DNA from: an uncultured Actinomycetes bacterium
GTDB lineage: Bacteria > Actinomycetota > UBA4738 > HRBIN12
NCBI GenBank assembly: GCA_963727185.1
Contig: CAVSFP010000008.1
Location: 207,953 to 271,952 of the forward strand
Direction of reading: 5' to 3'
Length of the DNA: 64,000 nucleotides
The notes under the pieces were generated by a model that was not told where the DNA came from, did no database searches, and saw nothing but the letters and a program-made list of their open reading frames with translations. The position numbers and the translations under genes were made by a program. Positions 1 to 12,964 of the stretch are shown here, one piece after another (the first letter of the stretch is position 1; each line of letters begins with the position of its first letter).

Positions 1-86
1 AGCTTGGCGGCCAGCTCGGCGACGCCGACGGAGCCTCCGGCGGCGAGTTCCTCGAGGATCAGGCCCATGCGTTCTTCCTGGCGCAT
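1..86 (-). CDS. DeoR-family transcriptional regulator, N-terminal fragment (gene continues past the left edge)
   Basis: Reverse-strand translation from ATG at 86..84 reads MRQEERMGLILEELAAGGSVGVAELAAKL, a typical DeoR/GlpR/AgaR-type HTH N-terminus. Absent from the ORF track because it is truncated by the window edge. Confidence 0.5.
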   Translation of the reverse strand, partial: MRQEERMGLILEELAAGGSVGVAELAAK

Positions 87-214
87 GCGGCCATCGTACC
101 ACAAGGACTGACCGTTTCTGCACGAAACTGTCGTGTATCGCGCAGGAAACAACACGCCGCTCGTCGCCGGCCCGCACCAGGCAGGCTGCCGCGTCCGAAC
201 GCGACGCCCGCGTC

Positions 215-1336
<1,122 letters not shown>

Positions 1337-1360
1337 GCCGTTACTCCTCGCCGCCCGGGC

Positions 1361-2245
1361 TCACTGCTTGATCCCCGTGTAGGCGATCGACTGGATGAAC
1401 CAGCGCTGCGCGATGAGGAAGACCGCCAGCATGGGGATCTGGCTCATCACCGTGCCCGCCATGAGCAGGTGCCACACGGTGACGTGCGAGCCCTGGAACA
1501 TCGAGAGGCCCAGCTGCAGGGGCGCGTGTTCCGGCGTCGTGATGATGATGAGCGGCCACAGAAAGTCGTTCCACGACCACATGAACTGGATGATCGCGAG
1601 GGTCGCCAGCACCGGCGCCGAGAGCGGCAGCACGATCTTGAACAGGATGGCGAGGCGAGAGGCGCCGTCGATGCGCGCCGCCTCCTCGAGCTGGATGGGC
1701 AGCGAGAGGAAGAACTGGCGCAGCAGGAAGATGCCAAAGACGCCGCAGAGGTTGGGCACGATGAGGCCGCCGACGCTGTCGACGAGGCCCAGGTGCCGCA
1801 CGATGAGGAAGGTGGGGATGATCACCACCTGGAACGGCACCATGAGCGTGATCAGCAGCACGACGAACAGCACGTTGCTGCCGAAGAACTTGAGCCGCGC
1901 GAAGGCGTAGGCCGCGAGGCTGCAGAAGAGCAGGTTGCCGGCCACCGTCGCGGCCGAGTACAGGAAGCTGTTGAGGAAGAAGTGGCCGAAGGGCAGCGAG
2001 TTCCAGGCGTCCACGTAGTTCTGGAACTGCAGGGAGTGCGGGACGAGGACGGGCGGGAAGCGCTGCGCCTCGGACGCGGTCTCGAGCGACGTGATCACCG
2101 ACCACACGAGCGGTAGCAGCATGACGGCGGCCAGCGGGATGAGGAAGAAGTGCCACGGCGAGAACGGCCAGTGGCGCGGCCGCTTCTCGGGCACCGCGTC
2201 GAGGTCTATGGGGCGGTCCACGCGGATGAGAGAGCCGGCTTCCAT
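1361..2245 (-). CDS. Carbohydrate ABC transporter permease (MalG/UgpE-like)
   Basis: 294-aa multi-TM ORF with an EAA-type loop LEEAARIDGASRLAILFKIVLPL. Tightly packed with the neighbouring transporter genes. Confidence 0.9.
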   Translation of the reverse strand: MEAGSLIRVDRPIDLDAVPEKRPRHWPFSPWHFFLIPLAAVMLLPLVWSVITSLETASEAQRFPPVLVPHSLQFQNYVDAWNSLPFGHFFLNSFLYSAATVAGNLLFCSLAAYAFARLKFFGSNVLFVVLLITLMVPFQVVIIPTFLIVRHLGLVDSVGGLIVPNLCGVFGIFLLRQFFLSLPIQLEEAARIDGASRLAILFKIVLPLSAPVLATLAIIQFMWSWNDFLWPLIIITTPEHAPLQLGLSMFQGSHVTVWHLLMAGTVMSQIPMLAVFLIAQRWFIQSIAYTGIKQ

Positions 2246-2255
2246 CAGGCGTCCC

Positions 2256-3161
2256 TCACGAGTTGCTGTAGATGCGCCGCCCGCCGACCTTCAGCTGGAC
2301 GATCGTGATCACCAGGATCGCCAGGAAGAGCACGTAGGCGATGGCCGCGCCGTAGCCGCCGTTGAAGAACTGGAAGGCCTGCTGGTAGAGGTAGAAGACC
2401 ACCACGGTGGTGGAGCCCAGGGGCCCGCCGCGCGTGGTCACGTAGATCTCGTCGAAGAGCTGCAGGGCGCTGATCGTCGACCACACCACGAGGAACAGCG
2501 TGGCGGGGCGCAGGAACGGCAGCACCACGTTGCGGAAGGAGCTCCACTTGCCGGCGCCGTCGATGGCGGCCGCCTCCATGAGCTCCTCCGGCACGCCCTG
2601 CAGCGCCGCCAGGTAGATGATCACGTCGAAGCCGAGCCAACCCCACACGGTCATGGCGATGATGCAGTACAAGGCCTGGTTGGGATCCTGCAGGAACCCC
2701 TGTTCGGGAAGGCCGAGCTTGCTGAGGAAGAAGTTGACGAGGCCGAAGACCGGGTCCAGCAGCCACAGGAAGATGATGCCCGTGGCTACCGTGGACGTGA
2801 CCACGGGCACGAAGACCGCCAGCCGGTAGAAGCGCACGCCCCGCAGCTTGCGGTTGAGGGCCCACGCGACGAGCAGGGCGCCGGCCACGGAGATGGGCAC
2901 GAAGAGCACCGTGTAGACGAGCGTGTGGCGCACCGAAGCGGCAAAGGCGGGGTCGTGCGTCAGGGCCTTGTAGTTGTCCAGGCCCACCCAGCTCGGTGCG
3001 GAGACCAGGTCGTTGGCCTGGAACGACATGATGGCCGACCAGACGATGGGCACGATACCGAAGGTGACGATGAGCACGGCGGCCGGCAGCACGAAGAGCC
3101 AGCCGGCCAGGTGGTCCGAGTCGAGCAGCCGCTGGCCCCTCGATCCGGGCCGCGGACTCAC
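2256..3161 (-). CDS. Carbohydrate ABC transporter permease (MalF/UgpA-like)
   Basis: 301-aa multi-TM ORF with an EAA loop LMEAAAIDGAGKWSSFRNVVLPFLRP. Confidence 0.9.
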   Translation of the reverse strand: MSPRPGSRGQRLLDSDHLAGWLFVLPAAVLIVTFGIVPIVWSAIMSFQANDLVSAPSWVGLDNYKALTHDPAFAASVRHTLVYTVLFVPISVAGALLVAWALNRKLRGVRFYRLAVFVPVVTSTVATGIIFLWLLDPVFGLVNFFLSKLGLPEQGFLQDPNQALYCIIAMTVWGWLGFDVIIYLAALQGVPEELMEAAAIDGAGKWSSFRNVVLPFLRPATLFLVVWSTISALQLFDEIYVTTRGGPLGSTTVVVFYLYQQAFQFFNGGYGAAIAYVLFLAILVITIVQLKVGGRRIYSNS

Positions 3162-3183
3162 GGACCCACCCTGGGCGCAGAGG

Positions 3184-4492
3184 TCACGGAGCCGGGACCG
3201 CCAGCAGGGCGTCGGTCTGCTGCGCCGCCTGATCGAGCGCGGTCTTGGCGTCGGACTTGCCGAGCAGCACAGAGACGATGGCCGTGCCCAGGAACCCCGA
3301 GATCTGCGAGTACTGTGGGATGGTCGGCCGCGCCTTGGTGGCGTTGCCCATGTTGGCTACGAACACGTCGGTGCCCGGGTACTTCGCGAGGTAAGCCTTG
3401 AACGAGGGCAGCTGCTGCTGCGACTGGCGGATCGGCAGGGCGCCGGTCTTCACGTCGTAGTACGTCTGCTGCTTGGCGTCCGTGAACCACTTGATGAACT
3501 GCCAGGCGGCGTTGACGCGGTCCGGCCCGTTGTTCAGGAGCACCCAGTTGTCCGGACCGGAGATGGTCTGGTGGCTGGCCGGCATCACCTGCACGCCAAA
3601 GCTGACGTTGGGGAAGGCCGGCAGGTCCCAGGGACCGGTCACCAGCATGCCGATGTGGCCGTTGTTGAAGGTCGGCTGGATCTTGGTGTTGGTGGTGTCG
3701 ATGTAGACGGACTTGTCCACGGTGGCCATGTCGCCGAGCATGGTGAGCGCCTGCACCCCCTGCGCCGAGTTGAAGGCCGCCTTCTTGTTGTCGGGCGTGA
3801 GGATGTCGCCGCCGTAGTCCCAGAGCATGGCCTCCCAGTGCCAGACCGTGTCTTCGCTGGCGTCGGCCGGGTAGCCCCAGCCGAACTGCTTCTTCGCCGG
3901 GATCGTGAGCTTCTTCGCTGCCGCGCGGAAGTCGTCCCACGTCCACTGGGCCGTCGGGTAGGCGACCCCCGCCTGGTCGAACAGCTTCTTGTTGTAGACG
4001 ATGGCGAGGTTATCGACGAGGGCCGGCACGCCGACGATCTTGCCGTTCACAGTGGCAGCCAGGCGCTCCGCCGGCCAGAAGTCGTTCCAGTTGAACGACG
4101 GCGTCCTTGGCGATCAGATCGTTGAGCGTCACGACCTTGGGGCTCTTGATGATGTTGGCCGCCCAGGAGCCGAAGATGTAGGTGATGTCGGGGTACTTGC
4201 CGCCGGCGATCGCCGTGAGAGTCTTCTGCAGGGCGAAGTCGTTGCCGCCGTTGTACAGCGCCGTCACCTGGATGTTGGGGTTGGCCTTGTTCCACTGCGC
4301 GACGAGCGCGTCGTCCGCCTTGGCCGCGTAGTCGAGGTCGCCGTGCCACATGGTGATGTGCACGACGCCGGTGGGGCTGGCGCCGGGGGAGGTGGTCGAC
4401 CCCCCGCCGGAGGAACCGCAGCCCGCCGTGAGAGCCGCCGCCGCGAGGACGAGGGCCAGCAGGCCCACGATGCCGATCGAGATGCGTCTCAT
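3184..4492 (-). pseudogene. Extracellular solute-binding lipoprotein of the sugar ABC importer, interrupted by one frameshift
   Basis: ORF 4010..4492 carries a lipoprotein signal (LTAGCGSS). ORF 3184..4050 carries the rest of a family-1 SBP. The join near 4095 lies between ...LNDLIAKDAV and FNWNDFWPAERLAATVNGKIVGVPALVDN, the latter read by me in the downstream frame. Confidence 0.85.
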
Positions 4493-4520
4493 GGTGCGCC
4501 CCCTGAGGTGGAAGTGGTCA

Positions 4521-5405
4521 TTATCGCAGCACGACCGATCTGGTGAGATGTCGCGGCCGGTCAGGATCGAGGCCCTTGGCCGCGGCCAGCAGCGCCGGCG
4601 ACCCGATGGACCCGCACGAGCTCCGCCATCGGGTCGAGCTCGCCGGCCACCACGGTGGCGCCGGTCTGGGCCACCTGCTCGAGCAGCTCCGGTTCGACCT
4701 CGCCGAGCGCCCAGACGACGCTGTGCGGCTCGGCCACGCTGATCGGGCCGTGCCGGTACTCCATGGCCGGGTAGGCCTCGGTCCAGGCCTGGCAGGCCTC
4801 GCGCAGCTTCAGCGCCGCCTCATTGGCCAGGCCGACGGTCCAGCCGCGGCCGAGGAACACGAAGTGCTCGAAGGCGACGGGGTCGAACGGAAGAGGCTCG
4901 GCCAGCGCCCGCTCGGCGTCGGCGATCGCCGGACTCCAGGTCCTCGCCGAACGAGGCCCGGAACAGGGCCAGCGCGGTGGTCGCGAAGCGCGTCTGGACG
5001 ACCGATGCGCTCGTCGGCCTACTCGAGCAGGATGCTGCGCCCGGCGGCCTGCGACGACGGGTGAGCTCGGGAACCGCCGAGATGGCGATGGTGGGCGTGC
5101 CGGGCGGCACGGCGCGGAGGGCGCGCACGATCTCCGTGGTGGTCCCCGAGCGGGAGATGACGACGACGGCGTCGTAGCGCCGGCCCGCCGGCATCTCGGT
5201 GGGCGTGAACGCGTCGGTCTCGCCGAGGCCGCCGGCCTCGCGCAGCGCCGCCACCGACTGGGCCATGAACCAGGAGGTGCCGCAGCCCACCACGGCGATC
5301 CGCGCGCCGGCGGCCGGCAGCACCTCGCGTGCCTTCGCGGCCATGGCGGCCGCGGTGCGCCACAGCCTGCGGCTGAGAGGCGACCTCTTGTTCAAGTGCG
5401 CTCAT
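4521..5405 (-). pseudogene. SIS-domain sugar-phosphate isomerase/deglycase-like protein (AgaS/FrlB/GlmS-C type), multiply frameshifted
   Basis: The N-terminus MSALEQEVASQPQ lies in the frame of ORF 5019..5405. The SIS core IAVVGCGTSWFMAQ...VVVISRSGTTTEIV lies in ORF 4820..5395. The second SIS half FLGRGWTVGLANEAALKLRE...MEYRHGP lies in ORF 4561..4860. I read a tail LLAAAKGLDPDRPRHLTRSVVLR-stop in a further frame. At least 3-4 frame switches. Confidence 0.7.
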
Positions 5406-5410
5406 TTATC

Positions 5411-5432
5411 CGCACATTACGTCAGATGTGCG
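5411..5432. promoter_or_regulatory. Candidate operator palindrome in a divergent promoter gap
   Basis: CGCACAT-N8-ATGTGCG, a perfect 7-bp inverted repeat. It sits in the AT-richer 50-nt gap between the divergent SIS gene (start 5405) and amidohydrolase gene (start 5456). Confidence 0.3.
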
Positions 5433-5455
5433 CAGAAGCGCAACGTCATTCGTGC

Positions 5456-6561
5456 ATGGCGGTGTATGGTCTGCGCATGTGTCGAGGCCGGACCCGTTCT
5501 AGCGACGTCGCGGCCCTGAAGCTCCGCGACTACCTGCCGCGCAGCCCGCTCTGCGGGCCGCGGAGCATCACGTTGAGCGCGCCGCCCGCTCCGCCGTTGA
5601 CGCTCACGACCACCTCGGCCGCTGGCTCAGCGCGGATGGGGATTGGCTGGTGGCGGACGTCCCGGCCTGCTCGCGGACATGGACGCCGCCAACCTGCGCT
5701 GCCATCGTCAATCTCGACGGTCGCTGGGGCGCCGAGCTCGAGGCCAACCTCGAGCGCTACGACCGCCGCTACCCCGGACGCTTCGTCACCTTCTGCCACC
5801 TCGACTGGAGCGAGACGTCGGCGCCGGGGTTCGGCGAGCGCCTGGCGCGCGGCCTGCGGCGCTCGCTGGCCGCCGGCGCCCGCGGCCTCAAGGTGTGGAA
5901 GGACCTCGGGCTCAGCCTCGTCGACGAGCGCGGCGAGCTGATCCTGCCCGACGACGAGCGCCTCACGCCGGTGTGGGAGGTCGCGGCCACGGCGGGCGTC
6001 CCCGTTCTCATCCATACCGCCGATCCTCGGGCCTTCTTCGCACCGGTGGACGCCGGCAACGAGCGGCTCGAGGAGCTGGTGCTGAACCCCGACTGGTCGT
6101 ATGCGGAGCTCGGCAGCGGCGCACTACGAGCGCCTGCTCGAGGCCCTCGAGCGACTGGTGGCCGCCAATCCCGGCGACCACGTTCATCGCCGCGCACGTG
6201 GCGGGCGCCGCGGAGGACCTCGACTGGGTCGAGCGCTGCTGGCGCGTATCCGAACCTGTTCGTGGACATCGCCGCGCGGATCGCCGAGCTGGGCCGCCAG
6301 CCCCGGCGGCGCGGGCAGCTCATCGTACGCCACCCGGACCGCGTGCTCTTCGGCACCGACGTCTTTCCGCCCAGCCCGGGAGAGTACGCGATCCACTTCC
6401 GCTTCCTCGAGACCGAGGACGAGCACTTCGCCTACTCGCTGGACGAGCCGCCGCCGCAGGGGCGCTGGCGCATCTCCGGGCTGGGGCTGCCGGACGACGT
6501 GCTGCGACCTGGTCTACGCCGGGAACGCCAGCGGCTCATCCCGGGGCTGGCGCTGGGCTAG
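5456..6561 (+). pseudogene. Metal-dependent amidohydrolase (TIM-barrel, PF04909-like), multiply frameshifted
   Basis: Stitched from ORFs 4823..5941 (LKLRDYLPRS), 5650..6561 and 5643..6800 (TTFIAAHVAGAAEDLDWVERC), and 6101..6721 (HYERLLEALERLVAANPG). Conserved blocks are VDAHDHLG, IVNLDGRWG, GLKVWKDLGL, VLIHTADP, LFGTDVFP and RFLETEDEHF. Includes a compensated -1/+1 pair about 40 nt apart (5620-5665). Confidence 0.75.
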
Positions 6562-6645
6562 AGCCGGCGAGGCGCCCGGCGCCGCGGTCGGCGGCGGGGG
6601 CCGGGCCGGCGGACTCGCCGCCGCCTGCCTTCGCGGCGCCCGGCG

Positions 6646-7995
6646 TCACCCGGCCGCGAGACCCGAGTCCGATCTGTCGCCGCAGGCGGCCGCGTACACG
6701 TCGAGCACGCGGCCGATGTGATGGCGGATCAGCGCGGCCGGCTCCGGCGCCACGCGGCCCTCCTGTACGGCGCGGTGGCCGCAGGGCAGGTACTGGCTGA
6801 GGAGCGTCGCGGGGATCGGGCGCTCGGAGAGGTTGCGCAGCAACGTGGCGAGCGCCTCCTGCACTTCCGCCTGTGGCCAGTAGTACCGGCAGCGGTCGCT
6901 GTAGCTGAAGGCACGGTCGAAGCGTACGTCGCCCTCGGCGCCGCGGTAGTAGGCGGCCCAGTCTTCCGGGTGCCGGACCATGACCGCGTCCAGCGTCTCC
7001 CGCAGCCGTGACGGCCGGAGACCCGGATCCCGCCCGAGCATCTCGATCTCGATGCCCTCCAGGGCGAACACGGCTTCACGGAAGGCGAAGGTGAGCCATG
7101 GACCGACCTTGAGGACGGCGAACCCGTCGGCGATCATGCGGGACAGGGCGGCCGGCGTCTGATAGTCGGTCGAGTGCGCCTCGTAGACGAACGGAGGTCG
7201 TCGCTTCAGGAAGTCCCTGAGCTCCCTCGCTGAGTCCGGGTCGTACGCGGTGATGGTGTGGTCGCCGAACTCCACGCCGGGCTGCACGACCACCGCGACG
7301 ACGCGTTCCCAGGCCGCGGACAGGCCCGCGGCCGCGAAGCCCTCGCGGGCCAGGTCCAGCGTGTGCTCAGCCGCCGCCGCCGGAGTCACCAGAGGCCCGG
7401 TGGCCCCCGCCACCTCTCCCCCGGGCGCGGGCACCTCCGTGCCGATGACGTAGACCGGCCTCGGCGCGCCGGCGGGGAGTCCGGCGTGAGCCTCCTCGGC
7501 GACCCGGCAGAGATCCACGGCCCGGGCCGTCGCGGTCTCGTCGTCGAGGGGTCCACCGGCTCCGCCGGGGTCGTCGGCGCAGGCCATGCTCGCGTCGAGG
7601 TGCAACTTGGTGTAGCCGGCGAGGACGCAGTCCCGCACGAGGCGGCGGGCGGCCGCCATGGCCTCCCGCGCCGGCCGTTTGCGCCAGGGGTACGGGCCGA
7701 GATGGTCGCCACCGATGACCAGTCCTGTCGCCGGCACGCCGCCGGCGGCCGCGATACCCGTCACTGCATCGTGAAAGGCCGCCGGCGTCATGCCCGTGTA
7801 GCCGCCCTCCTGGTTCACCTGGTTGGCGGTCGACTCGATACAGAGCAGGCCGCCGCTGCTCGCCGCGCCAGAGGCGGCGGCCTCGAGCACGTGCGGCTCG
7901 GCCGAGCAGATCGACGTGATCCCGGCGCGCTCGCCGCGCCGGTTGAGGGCCAGCAGTCCGAGCAGCCGCTCGACGCCCTGCGCCGGGACGTTCAC
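6646..7995 (-). CDS. GatZ/KbaZ/AgaZ-family protein (tagatose-bisphosphate aldolase non-catalytic subunit / tagatose-6-phosphate epimerase family)
   Basis: The C-terminal 449 aa of ORF 6646..9015 align by eye along their full length with E. coli GatZ. Matching blocks are ESTANQVNQEGGYTGMTP, GGDHLGP, KLHLDASM, VIGTEVPAPGG, VVQPGVEF, YEAHSTDYQ, LKVGPWLTFAFREA and RYYWP. The GTG start at 7995 overlaps the kinase stop (GTGA). Confidence 0.9.
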   Translation of the reverse strand: MNVPAQGVERLLGLLALNRRGERAGITSICSAEPHVLEAAASGAASSGGLLCIESTANQVNQEGGYTGMTPAAFHDAVTGIAAAGGVPATGLVIGGDHLGPYPWRKRPAREAMAAARRLVRDCVLAGYTKLHLDASMACADDPGGAGGPLDDETATARAVDLCRVAEEAHAGLPAGAPRPVYVIGTEVPAPGGEVAGATGPLVTPAAAAEHTLDLAREGFAAAGLSAAWERVVAVVVQPGVEFGDHTITAYDPDSARELRDFLKRRPPFVYEAHSTDYQTPAALSRMIADGFAVLKVGPWLTFAFREAVFALEGIEIEMLGRDPGLRPSRLRETLDAVMVRHPEDWAAYYRGAEGDVRFDRAFSYSDRCRYYWPQAEVQEALATLLRNLSERPIPATLLSQYLPCGHRAVQEGRVAPEPAALIRHHIGRVLDVYAAACGDRSDSGLAAG

Positions 7996-8978
7996 CCGGC
8001 GCGCTCCGGCGTGGCTCCGCCCGCGGTCGCGCCGCTGTTCCCGGGAAGCAGGTGCTCCAGCAGGGCCGCGGCTTCTGCGAACGTAGGCTGCGTCTCCACG
8101 CCGCCGGCGCCACGCGTCGACAGCGAGCCGCAAGCGATACCCAACGCCAGACTGCGGCCTACGTCCCAGCCCTGCAGCCGCCCGCAGACGAAGCCGGCGT
8201 CGAAGCTGTCGCCGGCGCCGACGGTGTCGACGACGGTCGCCGCCGGCGCCGGGACGCGCACCAGCCGGCGGCCGTCGTGCGCCAGGGCGCCGTGCGCCCC
8301 GAGCTTGACCACCGGCAGAGGACCGCGAGTCGCCAGGATCGTCGCCGCGACGGCCGGGTCGGCGGCGCCGCTCACGGCAGCCGCCTCGGCGCCGTTGACG
8401 AAGAGCACATCGACGGCGGGCAGCACGTCCGCCAGCCCGCCGTCCCAGCGTTCCTCGGGGTCCCAGTTGAGGTCGAGGGACGTGCCGGCGCCGGCGGTGC
8501 GCGCGGCCTCGAAGAGGCCGCGCAGACCCGGCGCCAGCCGTGGCTGCAGGAAGAACGAACCCACATGCACGTGGCGGGCGCGGCGCATGAGACGCTCCTC
8601 GACCAGGTCCGCGGTGAGCATGTCGATGGTACCGGCGAAGGTCATGATGGCGCGATCGTCCCCACGCGCCAGGGACACGGTGAGGCCGGTGGCGAGGTCC
8701 TCCCGTACAAGGACGCCGGCCACATCGACGCCGCGCCGCCGGAGCTCCTCGAGCATGAAGCGTCCGCCGGCGTCGCCGCCCACCACGCCGGCGAGGGCCG
8801 TGCGCAGTCCCAGTCGCGCGGCGCCGCACGCCATGATGCCGGCCGAGCCGCCGACGGTGAGGGCGCCGCCCTCGACGAGCTGCTCCGCCTGTCCGTAGGC
8901 AAGCCTCTGCGGAGCCCCGCGGACGATCACGTCGGGGTTGATGTCGCCGACGACGAGGAGGTCCGAGGCCTCGCTCAC
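7992..8978 (-). CDS. PfkB-family carbohydrate kinase
   Basis: 328-aa ORF with a ribokinase-like fold and the motifs VVGDINPD and VDTVGAGDSFDAGF. Translationally coupled to the GatZ-like gene. Confidence 0.9.
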   Translation of the reverse strand: MSEASDLLVVGDINPDVIVRGAPQRLAYGQAEQLVEGGALTVGGSAGIMACGAARLGLRTALAGVVGGDAGGRFMLEELRRRGVDVAGVLVREDLATGLTVSLARGDDRAIMTFAGTIDMLTADLVEERLMRRARHVHVGSFFLQPRLAPGLRGLFEAARTAGAGTSLDLNWDPEERWDGGLADVLPAVDVLFVNGAEAAAVSGAADPAVAATILATRGPLPVVKLGAHGALAHDGRRLVRVPAPAATVVDTVGAGDSFDAGFVCGRLQGWDVGRSLALGIACGSLSTRGAGGVETQPTFAEAAALLEHLLPGNSGATAGGATPERAG

Positions 8979-9024
8979 GGGACGGCCTGAGGCGCTGCGG
9001 GTCGCGCGTCGGCACGCGGCGCCC

Positions 9025-10317
<1,293 letters not shown>

Positions 10318-10490
10318 GCCTCTCGCCGTCCTTTCGCGGTCGTTCGTGAGCGATACCGTGGCACATCGAGCAGAAATGAGCAAGGAGGTGTGCCGTTCAC
10401 GCTATACTCACGTCGCTCGTCGATGATGCGGCTGCAGACGAAGGCGAGGCGCCGGAGGCTCGGCTTCCGTGGCGCAGGGGAGGAGTTGCG

Positions 10491-10841
10491 ATGAGCCTGT
10501 TCCATCACCACCATGATGATCAGCACGGCCCGGCCGAGGCCGACTCCTATGAAGTCCTGACCCCGGACCGCAAGATCCTGCGCTACAAGCGGGACGACTT
10601 CGCGGAGATCGTGGAGACAGCCGACGCTGAAGAGGTGCAGCGCGACCTGGACGGGGGCTGGGTGATCCTCGACGAGCGCCAGGTGAACGCTCCCGGGCGC
10701 GAGTTCTCGGGCGAAGACCTGCTCGTGGGCATCGAAGGCCTGCGCGTCGACGGTGTCGTCGGTCACGGTGAGGGCGAGACGATGACCTCGTACACCCTGG
10801 GTCTGCTCAAAGAGGGCGCCCAGGGAGTGCCGGAGGAGTAG
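10491..10841 (+). CDS. Hypothetical acidic protein with a His-rich N-terminus
   Basis: 116-aa ORF starting MSLFHHHHDDQH. Strong GC3 bias and a GGGAGGAG Shine-Dalgarno about 8 nt upstream. No family recognised. Confidence 0.5.
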   Translation: MSLFHHHHDDQHGPAEADSYEVLTPDRKILRYKRDDFAEIVETADAEEVQRDLDGGWVILDERQVNAPGREFSGEDLLVGIEGLRVDGVVGHGEGETMTSYTLGLLKEGAQGVPEE

Positions 10842-10988
10842 GGCGGACGGGGCCGTCCTCAGCCGCGGACCCGTCGACGCGAGGTAGAGATCACAACCCC
10901 GGCGCGCGCCCCGACTCCACCTCCGCGCCGCGTCGCTGCGCGGTCGGGCGGCCAAGGACTCCGGCCCGCGCGGCCGTACTCATAGAGC

Positions 10989-11981
10989 ATGAACCGGCTG
11001 AGCAGTCTCATCGATGCGGGCGCCCGCTTTCGCAACCCGCTGGCCGACGTGGAAGACGGCCTGTTCCTCAACGTCGGCGACAAGCGCGCCAAGTACTCGC
11101 AGTTCTGGATGCTCCTCGTGCTCGCCAGCCTGATCGCGGCCGGCGGCGTGGTAGGGGATTCCACGCCGGCCGTGATCGGCGCCATGATCATCGCGCCGCT
11201 GGCCACGCCCATCTACGGGGTGGCGCTGGCCACGGTGGTCGGCTCGCGGCGCGGGCTCATTGGGGCCGTCTGGCTGCTGGTGACCGGCATCCTCGTCAAC
11301 ATCGCCATCGGCGTGGTCGCCGGGTTCATCTTCGTGGCCAGCATGCCGCTCGACACCAATCCGCAGATCACCGGCCGCACCTCGCCGACGCTGCTCGACC
11401 TCACCGTGGCGGTGGCGACCGGTGTGGCGGGCGCCTTCGCTCTCACGCGCCGCGACGTCTCCAACATCCTCGCCGGTGTGGCGATCGCCATCTCGCTGGT
11501 CCCGGTGCTGGCCGTAGTGGGCATCACGCTGGGCGCCGGCCGGTTCGACCTCGCCTCCGGCGCCATGGTCCTCTTCCTGACCAATGTGGCCGCCATCCTC
11601 GTGGCCGGCGTGGTGGTCTTCGGGGCGGCGCGCTACTACCAGGAGTCCGCCGACCGCGACGTGCGCGTGGGACGACGCGCGAAGGTGTTCATCGTCGTCC
11701 TGCTCGTGGCGCTCGTGATCCCGCTCACCCTCACCTCGATCCAGACACGCCGCCACGACCGCTGGCTCAGCGCCACGCAGACCGCCGCCGAGCAGTGGGC
11801 GCGAGGCACACCCTGGCAGGTGGGGTCCGTGACCTCCGAGGGCAGCGACATCGTCGTGAGAGTGATCGGGCACGGCGCGCCGCCGTCCATAAAGGCGCTG
11901 CGCGCCGCGGTCAGGCGGTCCGTGCCGGCCGGCGTGCCGGTCCAGGTCATCGAAGGGTACGGGCTCACGAGCTCGTTGTGA
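10989..11981 (+). CDS. DUF389-family membrane protein
   Basis: 330-aa ORF with repeated GAMIIAPLATP and GVAIAISLVPVL membrane blocks and a C-terminal soluble domain, as in DUF389/TIGR00341 proteins. Confidence 0.75.
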   Translation: MNRLSSLIDAGARFRNPLADVEDGLFLNVGDKRAKYSQFWMLLVLASLIAAGGVVGDSTPAVIGAMIIAPLATPIYGVALATVVGSRRGLIGAVWLLVTGILVNIAIGVVAGFIFVASMPLDTNPQITGRTSPTLLDLTVAVATGVAGAFALTRRDVSNILAGVAIAISLVPVLAVVGITLGAGRFDLASGAMVLFLTNVAAILVAGVVVFGAARYYQESADRDVRVGRRAKVFIVVLLVALVIPLTLTSIQTRRHDRWLSATQTAAEQWARGTPWQVGSVTSEGSDIVVRVIGHGAPPSIKALRAAVRRSVPAGVPVQVIEGYGLTSSL

Positions 11982-12052
11982 GCCTCCGTCACGTCTGAGG
12001 CCATGGGCACGGCGGCCGCGCTGCCTCGGCGCCGTCCCGTAGACTGCGAGGC

Positions 12053-12964
12053 ATGACCGCCGACTTGTCTCAGACTCCGGGCTACCCCCAGCCAGACTCG
12101 CGCCGCGCCGCCGCCAAGGCGGCGCTGCTCGTGGTCGTCATCGCCGCCTCCATGCAGGCGGGGTCGGCGCTGGCCGTCAAGGTCATCGGCTCAGTCGGCA
12201 TCGTCGAGGCCCTGTGGCTGCGCACCGCCGTCGGGGCGCTGGCGCTCATCGTGCTGCGGCCCCGCTCCTTGCGCCTGCCCCAGCGCGGCGACCGCCTCGT
12301 GATCGCCGCGCTCACGCTCACCCTGCTGGCCATGAACCTCAGCTTCTACGGCGCCATCAGCCATGCGCCGGTGGGCATCGTCGTGGCCATCGAGTTCCTG
12401 GGACCCCTGGCGGTGGCCGTGATCGGCACGCGACGGCCTGTGGACCTCATCTGGATCGTGCTGGCCGGCACGGGCGTCTTCGTGCTTGCCGGCCCGGCGG
12501 GCTCGGTGACCGCCCTTGGCCTGGGGCTGGCCCTGCTTGCCGCGGCGGCCTGGGCGGCCTACCTGCTCCTCGCCAAGCGCGCCGTCGCTACCATGGAGCC
12601 ACTCACCGTCACCATGCTCATCCTCGCCGGCTCCGCCGTGCTGCTCACGCCGACCTTGCTCGTCGGCGGCGCGCAGGTGACCGGGCACGGCGGCGCGATC
12701 CTCCTGGGTGTGGCGGTCGGCGTCCTCTCGTCGGCCTTCCCGTACTTCCTCGAGATGGTCGCGATCTCCCTGGTGCGCTCCTCCACGTACGGCGTGCTGC
12801 TGAGCATGGAGCCGGCCATCGCGGCGCTGGCCGGCTGGCTGATCCTGTCGCAGCGTCTCAGCGTGCTCGAGGTGGTGGCCATGGCGGCCGTGATGGTCGC
12901 CGCCGCCGGCGCCAGCTGGACGAGTGGCGCCGGCGGCGAAGCGCTCGAGTCGCCCACCGTGTAG
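12053..12964 (+). CDS. EamA/DMT-superfamily transporter
   Basis: 303-aa ORF with about 10 TM helices arranged as two EamA-like halves. Confidence 0.85.
   Translation: MTADLSQTPGYPQPDSRRAAAKAALLVVVIAASMQAGSALAVKVIGSVGIVEALWLRTAVGALALIVLRPRSLRLPQRGDRLVIAALTLTLLAMNLSFYGAISHAPVGIVVAIEFLGPLAVAVIGTRRPVDLIWIVLAGTGVFVLAGPAGSVTALGLGLALLAAAAWAAYLLLAKRAVATMEPLTVTMLILAGSAVLLTPTLLVGGAQVTGHGGAILLGVAVGVLSSAFPYFLEMVAISLVRSSTYGVLLSMEPAIAALAGWLILSQRLSVLEVVAMAAVMVAAAGASWTSGAGGEALESPTV

Noticed and set aside
6646-9015. Single 789-aa ORF
   Set aside because: Only the last 449 codons match GatZ/KbaZ. The first roughly 340 codons are an Arg-rich alternative frame of the PfkB kinase gene. A GTG at 7995 overlapping the kinase stop gives the correct gene.
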